DNA of 64,000 nt from Paramecium tetraurelia (lineage: Eukaryota): NCBI GenBank assembly GCA_000165425.1, contig CT868429.1, forward strand, positions 385,337 to 449,336. Reading direction: 5' to 3'. The notes under the pieces are model-generated. The model was not told where the DNA came from. It ran no database searches and saw only the letters and a list, made by a program, of their open reading frames with translations. This document shows positions 1-12,900 of the stretch, one piece after another (within the stretch, counting starts at the first letter, position 1; the number at the start of each line of letters is the position of its first letter). The position numbers and the translations under genes were made by a program.

Positions 1-960
1 AGCATCCTTGATTTTAACATTCATATGCTTTTCAAAAAACTTCAATTTCAATTTCAATGTTTAAACACTCTTTAAGAATAAATTTGGACACATCTACAAG
101 AGCTGTCCTACCTAGTTAATTGATAACCCAATTTCTTTGAATAAATTGATCTTCGGACTCAACATATAAGCTGGTGTTAAGAGTAATAATTTATGATTAT
201 TAATTAGCAATTGATGTTAGACTTCTTTATTTGGAATTAGAACATCATAATGATTTAATAATCTATCTAGATCATGATTTTTAAGGGCTAGAAACTCTGA
301 AGTTTTTTGAATCTAATAAATCATACTGATATAATAATTACCAATTCCTAGATTTCCTTAGTTTTATATTCCCTGTTATACATAACTCTAAAATTAGGTG
401 GTATTCTTTCAAGATTGAATGAAAATAGGAATGGAGTGTTGACCAATACTTATCCAAATTGTTTGTCACTCACATGAGCATAGGTATTGAAGACATTCCT
501 GAAATTTTCATAATTAACTTCAAAGTTTCTCATTAATAGAGGGTATGCTGTCAACATGGATAAAATGTCTTCTTTGCTCATTTGTAGTTGCTTTTCAAAA
601 AGGTCTAAGTAATTATTCATTTTATCAATAGGATGACTCAATATTTATGGATCTTTAAAGAGGATGGTTCGCATTTATCTTAATTAATGTGAGGAAGAAT
701 TACTTCGCTTCTGCATTCAATCTAGATTTGAATAGTTCGCTCAATTATTCAATGTCATTAGCAGTATTGCCCTTGACAAGAGAAAGACCTCTGTTCTTGA
801 AAATTCTGAAGATCATTTATTCATTAAATCCCATGGATTCATAGATACTTAGGGCAGGCTTAACTTGAGTTTCATAATTGTAAATGGTAGCAAATTTGGT
901 ATTTTACAGTTTCTCTGCAAATTTTGAATAGGTACTGAATCTGAACAAGATGGCCCTCAT
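1..960 (-). CDS. Probable mitochondrial helical-repeat protein, mTERF-like (3' end runs off the window)
   Basis: ATG at 960 gives MRAILFRFSTYSKFAEK (presequence-like), followed by recurring mTERF-style motifs: ILFKDPQILSHPIDKM, MLTAYPLLMRNFE, VLVNTPFLFSFNLERIPP. Confidence 0.6.
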
Positions 961-987
961 TTAATAAATTAATATTTATTTATATTT

Positions 988-2816
988 TCATTGGTTATAC
1001 ACAACCACTCGAAATTTTGTTAAAGGAATCTAATTAATTGAAATTCCGCTTATTCCCAGTGTTAATTGTTTTAATTGAGTTATTAGATTAGCTTGATTAA
1101 TAATATTTAAACAAGCAACATCATTAATAGAGCATTCTTTCGTATTGAATATAAGTTACTATAGATTCTTATATTCAATGATTATTAACATCATTTTATC
1201 AATGAACTCATCAGGAATCTGTTAGTGAGATAGATTGATGTATAATTGAGTCACATTTTCTCTTTTGATTCTTTCCAAATAAAACAAGAACATTTATTAG
1301 ACAATAGGTTTGCTGACACTCATTTGAATGATGTATTTTCTTCTTTTCTTCTCTTTAAAAGACTTGTCCAATTCTTCAAGTTATTGTTGTGAAAGCGAAG
1401 TAATCTATTTAAATTAACATATAAACTTAAATTCTTTCGGTTTTCTCTTCATACTTTAAGTATTCCAATTTCATGGGCAGCAGATTTTGGGCAGCACAAC
1501 CGACATCAATAAGAGAACATCTCTCAATGGGATTACGTAACAGCATATTCCTGATTAAACTCCCTAACATTTCCCTAATTTTAAAAATTACATACCCATA
1601 TTGTAATGAAACAAATTTCAATTTATTTTCAATAGCATCTTGTGAAATCAAATCCATCGGCAATGTGAGTGAAGCCATTGACAAAATTACCATCCCAATT
1701 TACCAAACATCGGTCTTGACTGAAAGATTTAAATTGCTTTTGAAACCGAATTGATTTGCTTATGAATTACTTTCAGGTGCTTGTAGAGCTTAATAATCAT
1801 TCCTTTCTTTATCATATTAAATGCGGTATTTCTTTTTGTAGGCAAGAATAGGAGATAATCCACCAACTTTAAATCCTTTTTTTTCATCATAAAACAAATA
1901 ACTTACAGAGAACTATTTCTAGAATATCTATAAGAATTATAAATATTAAGCCACTGTCACCAAAGTTATAATGGCTTCCACAATTACTTCTAACTGAAAC
2001 AAATTATGAGTTTAAGCTCTCAATTAAATTAGCTCATTCATGGGTTATTCCACCCATTCCTCAACTGCGTATATCGTATCATACTGCAAGTCTTCGATTT
2101 TGATAAATCTATTGTAGATCGTCTTCTTGATCTTCTTATTGAAGAAGGGCTTATTCTTATGGATGTGGCCTATTTCCAAACACTTGACAATGTAGGTGAA
2201 ATCTGAAATGAGCAACTGCGATCGCTTGAAATGCTCGTATTCAACTTTAGCAACGTCACATTGAGGAATCAGATATTGATGCACCGTTAAGGCCACTTAG
2301 CTAACGCTTACTCTAAACACCTTATTGAATTAGCTCTTTTTAATTTAAGCAGATTTTATATAATTGCTATAGAGAATTTCCTTGGTTAATTTGCCAAAAG
2401 TCAAACACTTCAGTCTTTCAGGGTCAAAAGTGTTGCATACAAAATTATTTATAGCATCAGGCTTGTAGATTATGATTCTTTAAGTATAAATATCTTTTTC
2501 GTACTTATTAATATGAGACAAGTAGGTCTAAATAGATTTAAGATACTCTTGCAATTCTTCCTTACTTTCGCTGCTCTGAAACCATGAATTGAAAATGGAT
2601 TTCTCTGGAAATAAAGGCAACTTATAATATTTCACTATAAACTCTTACATGAAGTTGATAATTATCAGCCTGAAGGTTTCGAGACAGTTAATTGAGATCT
2701 GAAAAGCGCACCCTCACGTCACGATAGCAAGTATAATAGTTATTCGTAATTCTAACATTGTAATACTATTTATTTTCATAGGACTATATGTCAATGATTT
2801 AAATCTAATATTACAT
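988..2816 (-). CDS. PX-domain plus kinase-like (pseudokinase) protein
   Basis: N-terminal PX motifs (YYNVRIT...VRVRFSDLNQL...LPLFPEKSIF). C-lobe kinase motifs KTDVWQIGMVILSMA and LIRNMLLRNPIERCS are present, but HRD and DFG are not. TGA at 988-990. Confidence 0.75.
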
Positions 2817-3155
2817 TATTTTTTATATTGATCAATTATAAAATATATATATGCTTCTATCGATAGTTCATTATCTCTTATGTATATTTATCACAATAAT
2901 CCCATTTGTTAAAATAATACTGTCATTCATCCAAAGCATTTAAATAATAACAATATCTATATTACTAATTAGCCAAGAAAATAAAGTATTTCATTTATTC
3001 TTTATAAACTATGTGTGACGATTGGAACTATCAGAGAAATGAAGATCTATAATGAGAATTGAGAATTTATTTTAAGAGTTTAATAACATTACATTTATAA
3101 GTTTTGATTATTTTTTTAATTGAGAAATCAAAATTGATAAAAAGACATCCAAATA

Positions 3156-5113
3156 ATGAATGAATATCAATCTTATACGTCTGATAACCGTAAATCGAAA
3201 TAAACCATAAATACTATGGAAGAGCTTAGCAAAAATCAATCATTCAGAATTCTCAAATTGTAAACATCTGGATTAGGCAAATTAAATAATAGTAGTAAAA
3301 GAAACCCTTAAAACTTTGATGTTTCTTAAGTGTCTACGTCTATGCCATTAAGGTAATCTGCTCTTTTATTATTCCCACAAGTTAGAAGAATATGTTATCA
3401 TTTTTGGCTCATGAGGAGTAGTCCAAGCGTCCAAATTCCTATGAATAATTGTTTTATGATTTGTAATAATCAAAGCAATAAGTTAACAATCTTAAAGATG
3501 AGAACACCCGACTGAGAACCAAAGTGCAACACAATGAAGTACGTTCTATTGTCTATAATTTAGAGAGAATTCTAAAAGTATGAGAACTTGATAGAGGATT
3601 TAACTACTCAAAAGAAATCGAACAATCAAGATCTTCAGATTATTTCACTAAGGAAGCAAGTCAAGGATAAGAGCTCAGAATTGGAGGATAAAATGAAGGA
3701 AATGGAAATTTTAAAGAGGAATAGTAAAGTTTGCAAATTATAGGAATTGGAGGTACTGATGTTAATTGAATTGTAGGTTGAAAAAAAAGTGTATTTCGAA
3801 TAAACCCTTATGATGAAGCATATGTTGTAAATGGCCTAAGATCAAATTTAATACCAAAAAAGCAAATTAGAATAAGTGTAACAATTAGAATCTCAATTAG
3901 ATGTTTGTCACGAATAACTATTTAAATTATAATAATAAAACAATGAGTCACTAGATATCATTTCGAAAAGGGATTAAACTATCAAAGAAATGAAAATTCA
4001 ATTAAAAAATCACTCTATTAAATAATAACAACTAGTTTAAAAATAGTAAACAATCTAATAAAAGTATGATAATTTGTAATTGCTCTATCAATCCATCAAA
4101 GGGAACAACAATAATAATACTCAGCCAAAGGACACTGTTATCAAATTTCCAAAAGATCTGGTTATATTGAAATTGCATCAGAAGAGAGTCACCATGAGTC
4201 AATTTAATGATGCAATTGAGACATTAAAAAAGGCAAAAAACAAACAAGAGTTTATTTCGCTGTTGCAATAGTAAGAATACTTATTATGATAAAATAGAGA
4301 ACCATTTTAATTAAGCGAAAGTGAATCACAATAAGTTGTGGATAAGCTAACTGGGACATAGACATTATCTTAACAATTTATTACTCAATTAAGTTATCAC
4401 TCCTTAGAGGGTCTGGATGAGTAAAAGGCACAATAATTAATCAATAAGGTATTCCAATAAGTAGCGTATAGTCTCTTTAATCTAAAAAAGACCGTGTACG
4501 ATAGTATTGGATTTAATACAAATACAAAAAGGTTGGAAGGGACGATATTATAAAATTTATATAGGCCATGAATTTTAATTGGGATTAATAGATAACATCC
4601 TATTTTCTATTAGAAGTATTCAGTATGTTTATTTAGATATTTTAAAATACTATGTCAAATAACAATGTTACTGATAATAGTGAATAGAATTCTCAAAGTA
4701 TGAGAGTATCTATAGACTTTGTAACAAATCCTTTTTCAAGGTAATCACATCATAAAAGCTCAAATGAAGTCTAATAATAGGATAGCTTTATTAGAGATCT
4801 GAATGAGTAATAGAGTAATTAATAGGTCATTGAGAATTTTAATCCAAATGATGAAGTCTTAATTAATTAATTTTTCCCTGCTGATGAAGAAGACAAATAG
4901 TTTGAGATAATCAGTAGTTGTCCTCAAGAGAAATTGACTTCAAAGTACTAACAATAGAATGAGATTCAAGAGGTGAATGAAGAGGATATGCTAAGTTCTA
5001 AGCCATAGGATGAGGATAACATTAATGATATGGCATATTTAGAAAGCAATCAATAAGAAGAAATAGTTTAGGAAGTAAAAAGCCTTGAAATTTTGAGTGA
5101 TTATCAATAATGA
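3156..5113 (+). CDS. Coiled-coil protein with an N-terminal coil resembling the IQCE type and an acidic tail
   Basis: Open in ciliate code after removing several tiny introns. YEQLFYDLQQSKQQVNNLKDENTRLRTKVQ and LKRNSKVCKLQELEVEKKVYFE resemble the IQCE coiled coil. The gene is solid; the family call is tentative. Confidence 0.65.
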
Positions 5114-5452
5114 CTAACATTTATTATTTACACTATCCAGACAAAATTTAATAGCTTGTTTAATTATCAACTAAATTAAGTAGCAAAAATTCTTACTCTA
5201 AGACCTATAAGTATCCTTTTTTGGATGAATACATATCGCATATTTCATTTTTATATATGATTAGTCCAAATACGGTAGGTACTTCAATCTAATCAACTTC
5301 TTTCATATTATTTATTTTCTTATGTTATATTAATAGTTTAAGTAGATCTCAATTAAATATCAATTTCTAGTTATTGTCCATCCTTTTCTTCACCCTTCTT
5401 GGAATTAAGCAATACTCATTGATGAAAATCAAAATTTCATTATTTAAATTTA

Positions 5453-5801
5453 ATGATTATACGTAAACCAACAACTATCACTTTGAAACCAGAGGATGAT
5501 TATTAAGAATATGAGGATTTCAAGAAAAGATAAGATGAATAAAAGAAAAGCTAAATGCAATAAAAGAAAGAGATGTTTACTTGGTCACAGTAATAGCAAG
5601 CATAGGCAATATATTAAGTTTGAAATTCAAATTTTAAAATAGGCTCCCAAAAACACAAGAAGATCAATTCAAGTTGCTTAAGAACCGACAATTGAGTTTG
5701 AGCCTGATTCCTACTTCGATATCAACAATCAGATTCCTGTAAACTAATTATTCAGAATGATAAATCCATCTCCTGATGCCATGTAATAAGAGCCATAATG
5801 A
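5453..5801 (+). CDS. CDC26: Anaphase-promoting complex subunit CDC26/APC12
   Basis: N-terminus MIIRKPTTITLKPEDDYQEYEDFKKR matches the CDC26 signature (M-x-R-R/K-x-P-T-x-L-x-L-x-x-D-D). One intron at about 5618-5642. Confidence 0.75.
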
Positions 5802-6671
5802 TAGCATATATATCTTATTTGATTCATTAAATTACTATTGATAATTCTCGATTTCTTTATTATGTAAAATATTGAACAATTCATAATATTAATTCATTTA
5901 TAAAATTATTCATTTCTAATGTTACTCTTTCGTTAAAATTTAAGTTAAATGTTTATAAAAATTGAATATTTACAGTTATCAATTTATGAATTCCCTAATA
6001 GGAAGCTGTCAAGATCTAGAGTAAAGTGATTAAAATAGATTTACAATGTGAATTAATAAGTACTATTATTTGATATATTCATTTTTTTGATCTTAATTAA
6101 TTTTAATTAGAAACTTAGGATTTGTTCAAAAAAAATAATTTATTTTCTAGAACAATAAACTTTGTGTATCTATTTTTATATACTTTCTTTATAATAAAGG
6201 AAGAGATTAACAGCATTTTAAGATCATAAAGGGTTGGATATTTTGTAAAATAATGTATTCTAAGCTAATTGTTATTCTTTTAGCTAGGTTGTTAAAATAG
6301 TCCTAAATAAAAAGGAATAGAGATATGCCAATCCAATCCCATGGTTGTGATTTCTGTATCCATTTATTTTTATCAATGTTAGTAAAGTCATCAAAGTAGT
6401 CCAATTTAGCAATTATCCATCTTCAATTATTGATGTTGATGTTGATTTTATTGTAATTTTGATTTGACAAGATTAATCAACTATTGGTAAAAGAATCCTT
6501 CAACAATTTGTCTACATTATCATTTTATAAACACAATATTTATATTTTCAAATCTTAGCATTTAACTTACATATCTCAGTTAAAATAAAGAAGAGCATTA
6601 ATTAATCCCCCAATAATTCTATCGATATAAGATGGTGAATCACACCAAAAAAAATCACAATATTTAAAATA

Positions 6672-7055
6672 ATGAATTAGAACACTTTCGACCTCATCGA
6701 TAGGAAATACTAATGTATTAATACTGACTAGAGAATATCACTCCTGGTCGATATTTTAGTGGAAGGACTATCGATTAAAGAGGCTGCGACAAAGAATAAT
6801 ATTAAATTCTCTACGGCAAAAGTAATTCTGAAGCTATTTAAACAAGAGGGACGTATCGGAAAACTAAAAGAAATTTAATTAACTTAAGTGGAGATTTGTT
6901 AATAAAGAAGGCATAAAAGCTTACTATTGGATGATAATGCACAGTTGTGCCAGAACCTTTTGAAATAAATAGAAGATTGTAAGACTAGAAACAATTAGTT
7001 GCAGTAGACGCTGACAATTTATAAATAAGTTAATAATTAATTTAAATAAGAATGA
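6672..7055 (+). CDS. Small helix-turn-helix (homeodomain-like) protein with a C-terminal coiled coil, 127 aa
   Basis: Intronless 384-nt ORF. RKYQCINTDQRISLLVDILVEGLSIKEAATKNNIKFSTAKVILKLFKQEGRIGK is a typical HTH. Confidence 0.8.
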
Positions 7056-7080
7056 AACTATTATAAATTTTATTATTTAA

Positions 7081-7808
7081 TCAGCATTTTAATTAGGTAG
7101 AAGGAAACACTTTTATTTCCTCCTCCAATCCACTTGATCCTTATTTGTCTAATTCAACGAATTCAGCTAACAACTATTCTAATTAGTCATCACTCTATTC
7201 ATACATTTTAGGGTGATAAAATATTAAACCTTTGTCTATGTTTTACTCGAATTATTAATAATTATTACTTATTTCAAAAAGTATCTAATTTCCTTCAAGA
7301 AAGCCTCTGTAACGAAGTGATCTTGCAACATACTATTCATCTCAGAAGCATCAGTAGGTAGTTACATTGCCATTCTTCTAAGAGTATAAAACGGAATGAA
7401 TTCTTCTATTTTTTGTATGTCACCATTTGGCATTTTCTTTTTAAAAAGCGATTTTCGCAAAAGTTATAATCTTTCCATAATCGAATCAAATTTAAATTAT
7501 TCTAAACAATATCCATATATCTGATGATAAATGGGTTACTATTTTTATTATGCTTCCAACAATTGAGTTTGCCAACTCTTTTATTTTACGTGAGGTTCAA
7601 ATTTGAACTCGTCCAAATTAATTACTACTTCATCTTATTATGGTATCTGAAAACACTCTGGAGTTTATTTCTTTATTTAAATGATTGGATCAGCTTGCTT
7701 TTTATTCTTCTTCGCCTCTTGGAACTCTTTGATAGTCTTTAACGAAGTCTCATTCAAGTACACACCTAATTATTATTAAATTTAATTTCTTGCTTATTAA
7801 ATATTCAT
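7081..7808 (-). CDS. Small protein with an HRDC-like domain (~234 aa)
   Basis: ERLQLLRKSLF...FIPFYTLRRMAMQLPTDASEM...EAFLKEIRYF follows the HRDC pattern. One 23-nt intron restores the frame to TGA at 7081-7083. Confidence 0.65.
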
Positions 7809-8560
7809 ATTTATGTTCAAAAAATAATTTACAAATAATTCTAATAGGTAAGAAAGTTGATCGGTAACTTTAATAACAAAACACTCAATTATAAATATAC
7901 AAATTTAAGTTAAGATTAATATGTAGTTTAAGTATTATTATTTTATAGATTCAAGCATTCTGATTGATATTATTTCATTATAACAATATTCTATTCTTCT
8001 TTATCTACTACTCTAATCCTATAAGATTCTATTTATTAAATACTTATATAAGTGCTTATCCATATTTAAATCTAGTATTAATTTTAAAAATAAATTAGTT
8101 TTAGAGCTTAATTGAAATCTCCCATAAATCCTTTCAATTTTAATTCAATAGAACCATTTTCATTCATAACCAAAATAAGACAATATGAATTATGTTCATC
8201 ACAATAATTATTAATACTCTTGCATATTAAAACAAAAAATCTACAGATCAAGGCAACCAAATATTTTCTAAATCTACTATCTACTTTAACATCAAAAGTA
8301 TTTTGCTTGAATTAAACAAGAAAACTAAGGGAAATTGAGTCATTAAAGTGTCAATGTTTTATAGACTGCTATGCAATTATCTTATGCTGTATTCAAGATC
8401 AGATGATCTCTTAAATGGTTCAATTTATGCTAATACATCACAATTCCAAATCATCAGCTTTCTCTCTCTGGCATAATACTGCTTTATCTATAAAAATGCA
8501 TTTAATGTGCATCTAAATACTCAATTCCAATAAAAGTGTAAAAACTCATAATTAAATTAA

Positions 8561-9666
8561 ATGTTTTTGGGGCGAAGAATATTGAGTGCATTTTGCTCCT
8601 AAGCCTAATATAATATACCAATTTTCACATCGAGCAAGAGTCCGCATGCTAATAAACATCTTGATGATGTCCTTTTAGATCAGATGGTCAAAGGATTTAA
8701 GAAAGCATATACAGACAAATTTTTATTGGACTTTAAAAAAGTTATCATTAATAAATATTTAAGGTGGTCCTACCTGCAAAGAGAGTTAGATCGTTGGATG
8801 ATCATATAATTGGTCTATGGAAATAACATGAAGTGGCGGTTGTGATTGAAGGAAGAGATGAATTTGAGGATATTGATATAGTTTTAGATTACTATTAAGT
8901 GGCAGCAGTGAAAAGAAGGATTTGTGCAAATGTAGCTCCAATTTACATCAGAATTCCTGGACATGATGGAGACATCCGTTGCACTCTGGGTGAAATCATT
9001 AAAGATCCTAGTAACATTGATAAGTTTAATTGATAGAAAGTGGTTGGCCTTTCAAAGTAACTCTGAGAAGATACATAGTAGGCAGACCAAATCTATTGTA
9101 CGTACCAATTGCTATATTGCCTAATAACTCTAATGCAGCATTAGTAAGGGGAACAGATTATGATGTACATATTGAAGGAGTTTGGATAAATTCATATAAT
9201 GCCACTTATCCCACTAAATTCTTTGTTGATGCTAAGAATCTTAAGACATACAGACCGTATAAATTGGGAGATTTATAAAATACATTCCCATAAGGAATAT
9301 TATTGCATGAAAGATACAAGAAACTAATCCATTGGAATGTTGCAACTCTGGCCAGAGATGAAGATGATGTAAGAATATCATTGTTATCCTTAATAGAAAT
9401 TCTTTGAAGAAGCTGAATTCTAAAGATCAAAAAAAGATGATGATTTATTGATCTATAGAAAACCAGATGATGAAGGTGAGGAAACATTGGAAGGAGTAAT
9501 GTTGTATTAAAAGAAAAAAGTAACCGTGGAGAAGACTTAAAAAAAGAGAAAGGAAAAGTCTCTTAAAAAAAAAGTCAAATAAGCAAATCAAGAATTATAA
9601 AAAGAAGTAGCTGCAGCCAAAGAAGCTAAGGATGCTGCTGCTAAAGAAGCTGCGGCTAAAAAATGA
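8561..9666 (+). CDS. Mitochondrial ribosomal protein bL25m (L25/CTC family)
   Basis: Presequence-like MFLGRRILSAFCSQ, L25-like EIIKDPKSGWPFKVTLRRY, then a CTC beta-domain-like segment (LYVPIAIL...YPTKFFVDAKNL...YKLGDL...PQGILL). Ala/Lys-rich tail. Confidence 0.65.
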
Positions 9667-9955
9667 TCAGTTTATAGTATATATTCAGTATAATTATTAT
9701 GGTTCATAGACTTATCAAATCCATTCAAAATTCTATGTTCAAATTCAAATTTATGTTATCAATACAATTAATATATCATATCAAACTAAAGGACTACTGA
9801 TATGGTCTGATAGATCATGAAAGTAAGGAGTATGACAACTTTAATTTGAGATATACATAACTATTTCTATTTACTTAGAGCAATGCTCAATATTATGAAT
9901 TATATCTTATATAAAATCTTGATTTATAAAAAAAATGGATTAAATATAAATAAAA

Positions 9956-12900
9956 TCAATTAAGCTATTTTATAGAATTCATAATGTAAGGGTCATTCAA
10001 AATGGTTGATGGTAGGAGGGACAATCCAAACTTTATGAATCTAAACTAATAATAATTTATCTAAATCCATTTTGTGTAAACGATTATATACAATAACATT
10101 ATTATTGATCCAGTTATGCAATAGTACAATTAGATTGTAATTAAATTATCTTCAGCAAAGTGTTGGTTGCTGTATTGGATAATATTTATGAAAATGTCAA
10201 TTGTCTTTGTTGTGAATAGAAAGTGTTACAAAAAGGCTGTGTTGAATTCCTTTGAATTCATAAATTACTCATTCCCGTTTATGTCGCTCATATGTTGCTG
10301 TTAACTTATCTCATAATCGAAGTATTGTTTAATTATTGAGCTTATCTAACTAGCAATTCCCTTTATACCATTTTCATAGAAGTTTGAAATATCATCTGTC
10401 TAATTAGGAATTGAGTATAAGTTAATAAAAGTTTAATTTACCTCAGGATATCTACAAAATGGCACATAGTCTATTAATTTTAAACAGATATCATATTTGT
10501 ATATGCTTTCTAAAGTAGTCTTATCACTATCGCTAATTTAATTTGAAAGAGTAATTTATTCGAAAATACTAATTAAGTTTGCATCAAAATTGACTTCACT
10601 TTCTTCGAATAATTGAAATACTTAATTATTTGCATCCTAAAGTTTTGCAATCATTTCCTCAGTAATTATGCTTTATTAGGTCAATCTTTTGTAAATCGAA
10701 GGCAGCGATTTAGTTATCATACCAGATCCAATCATTGCATCTAAATTGGTTGAAAAAGTAATAAATTGCAGAGTCATTCTTTAAAAAGGGATCATTTATT
10801 ATATTTCTTTTCTAAATAAGATATATCCACAGATAATAAAAACAATTAAAATGATATATGTTAAAAGTAGAACTAAAATAATTAATTTCCTATTCATTGA
10901 TGTGTCCTATATTCTTGTATTTAAAACAATTGGTTATCTATTTAATATCTTTGTTGTTTACTGAGATCCCCTTTAAGATCTCAATTCATTATTTTGATTA
11001 TTATTGAATTCATAGGACGAGTAATTTATCTGTCTCCAATTATAGATATTTTCTTTATTTTCTAATATTTCCTTTATTCCCTATGATTTCAAAATTTACT
11101 CTCTAGCTTCCTTCTCTTTTAATCTTCCTATCATTAAAATAAGTTATCTTTAATAAATTGAACATGATTTCCAAAAGCAAAACTGTATTATAATTTCAAA
11201 GAGAAATATTATCATAATAGTTAAAGTAATTACAACAATTTTTAAGCTTTGATTATCCAAAGTGTTACCATATAATTCTTCATATGATGAAATTAGAGTC
11301 TTACTCATGTAAAACACATTATATAAATTAATCCTTAAGGTCATCAAAGTTGTAATATGATGATATTCAATTTCTAGCTCTTTGCTTTAATGAAATAACT
11401 CCTTTATGGTCCTCTCTAAATTTAATATAAAGTATGTATATCCTACAATTTGTCTATCTTCTCCAACAGATCTATAATTAATGTTTTCCAATAGCCCAGA
11501 GTCTTCAACTTCAATAAAAGAGGAATATAACTTATTTAATTCTTCGAAAGTGGATTCTGAGATATTTTTTAGCTTGTAATCAGTCTGGTTTAGAAGATAA
11601 GTACTGCAATCAATAATCTGTAATTTCTGTAGGAGAAGTATCCATTAAAGTGAGAATATTTGGAAAAATTATCTATTAAAAATGAGAGGAGCATTAATGT
11701 TTTTATTACTTTAGACAATTTAACTGGTGCTATCTTAGATGATGATTAAACTTGCAATTGTATAAATCAATTAAACTGCGACTATTAAGGCACTTAAAGC
11801 AATGACTACTTTTAATGGTTTTATTATTTTACTAGAATTAATAAAGATATGACACTCTTTGTTAGTATTTGATTTCGAAGAATCAAGAGATGTCTTGGAT
11901 CCTTCAGATTATTAATTTTCATCGACACTTAAATCTTTTTATTTACAAGAATAATCTTCATGATCTAACAGATCCTCCTAATTATGAACCTATGCAAAAG
12001 ACTATATGAATTGTTCAGATGATTAATCTAGTCTCTTGGAGTCATCACGAAATGAATCTTATTTAAATCTGGAAGATGTCTTTGGAATATAATTTTAATG
12101 CAATTTCATTACACTTACTTTCCTTCTTTTTGACAAGAGTTATTCCTTACTTCTAAAATCGACAATTTCCATAAGGAAAAATGATTTATGAAAGGATTCT
12201 GGACCCACAACTTTGAAAGTAAGGATAAATTTAACTGAATATGTGGCTTCTCCACCTTCATTTAGTTTTTTCATGACATCTTCTATTTATTTCTGATAGG
12301 TTATGGTTAAAATCTATAGTTCTTATTTCTATGCTACTTTAGGTACAGTTCTATTGAATGAACTTTAACATTCTGATTGAAGTCCACTAGTCTTTGATTT
12401 CTAAAAATGTTAACTACCTCTATGTTCATATTATAAATATTTATAATGAGAAGTTGAACTATAGATTTTTTAGTATTTAAGGATGAAATCCGATATGTTG
12501 AATCTAGTTATCAAAGTAGTTTAGTCTTCGATTTCAAGATTATGATAACTTTTATTGGTTATTTTGTGATTTGTAAAGATTTTCAGAATTTCAGGAAAAA
12601 AGAAAAAGATGTAACATTAATTTAATGTTTAAATTGCATGAGTGGCCTCTTGATCGATCCCTTAAATCATTAAATGATAGATAGATTCAGTGGCGCTCAA
12701 GATTTTACCACTCGAATCAAAAATGATGAATTCAGACCCCTCCTTTACTTTTGAGATGCACCCTGTAATTACATAATCGTCTTCATAGCTGAAATTGTTG
12801 TCTAATTTCAACTATTTAGCTTATAGTAGTCCATCCTATTAAACAGTGGTGATATAAATGAATTATCGAAAAAGTTAGGATTATGCACTCTCTAAATAAA

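Noticed and set aside
8354..8560. In-frame upstream ATG extending the bL25 gene by 69 codons
   Set aside because: The ATG at 8561 has the typical A/T-rich context and begins a presequence-like peptide; the extension looks fortuitous.
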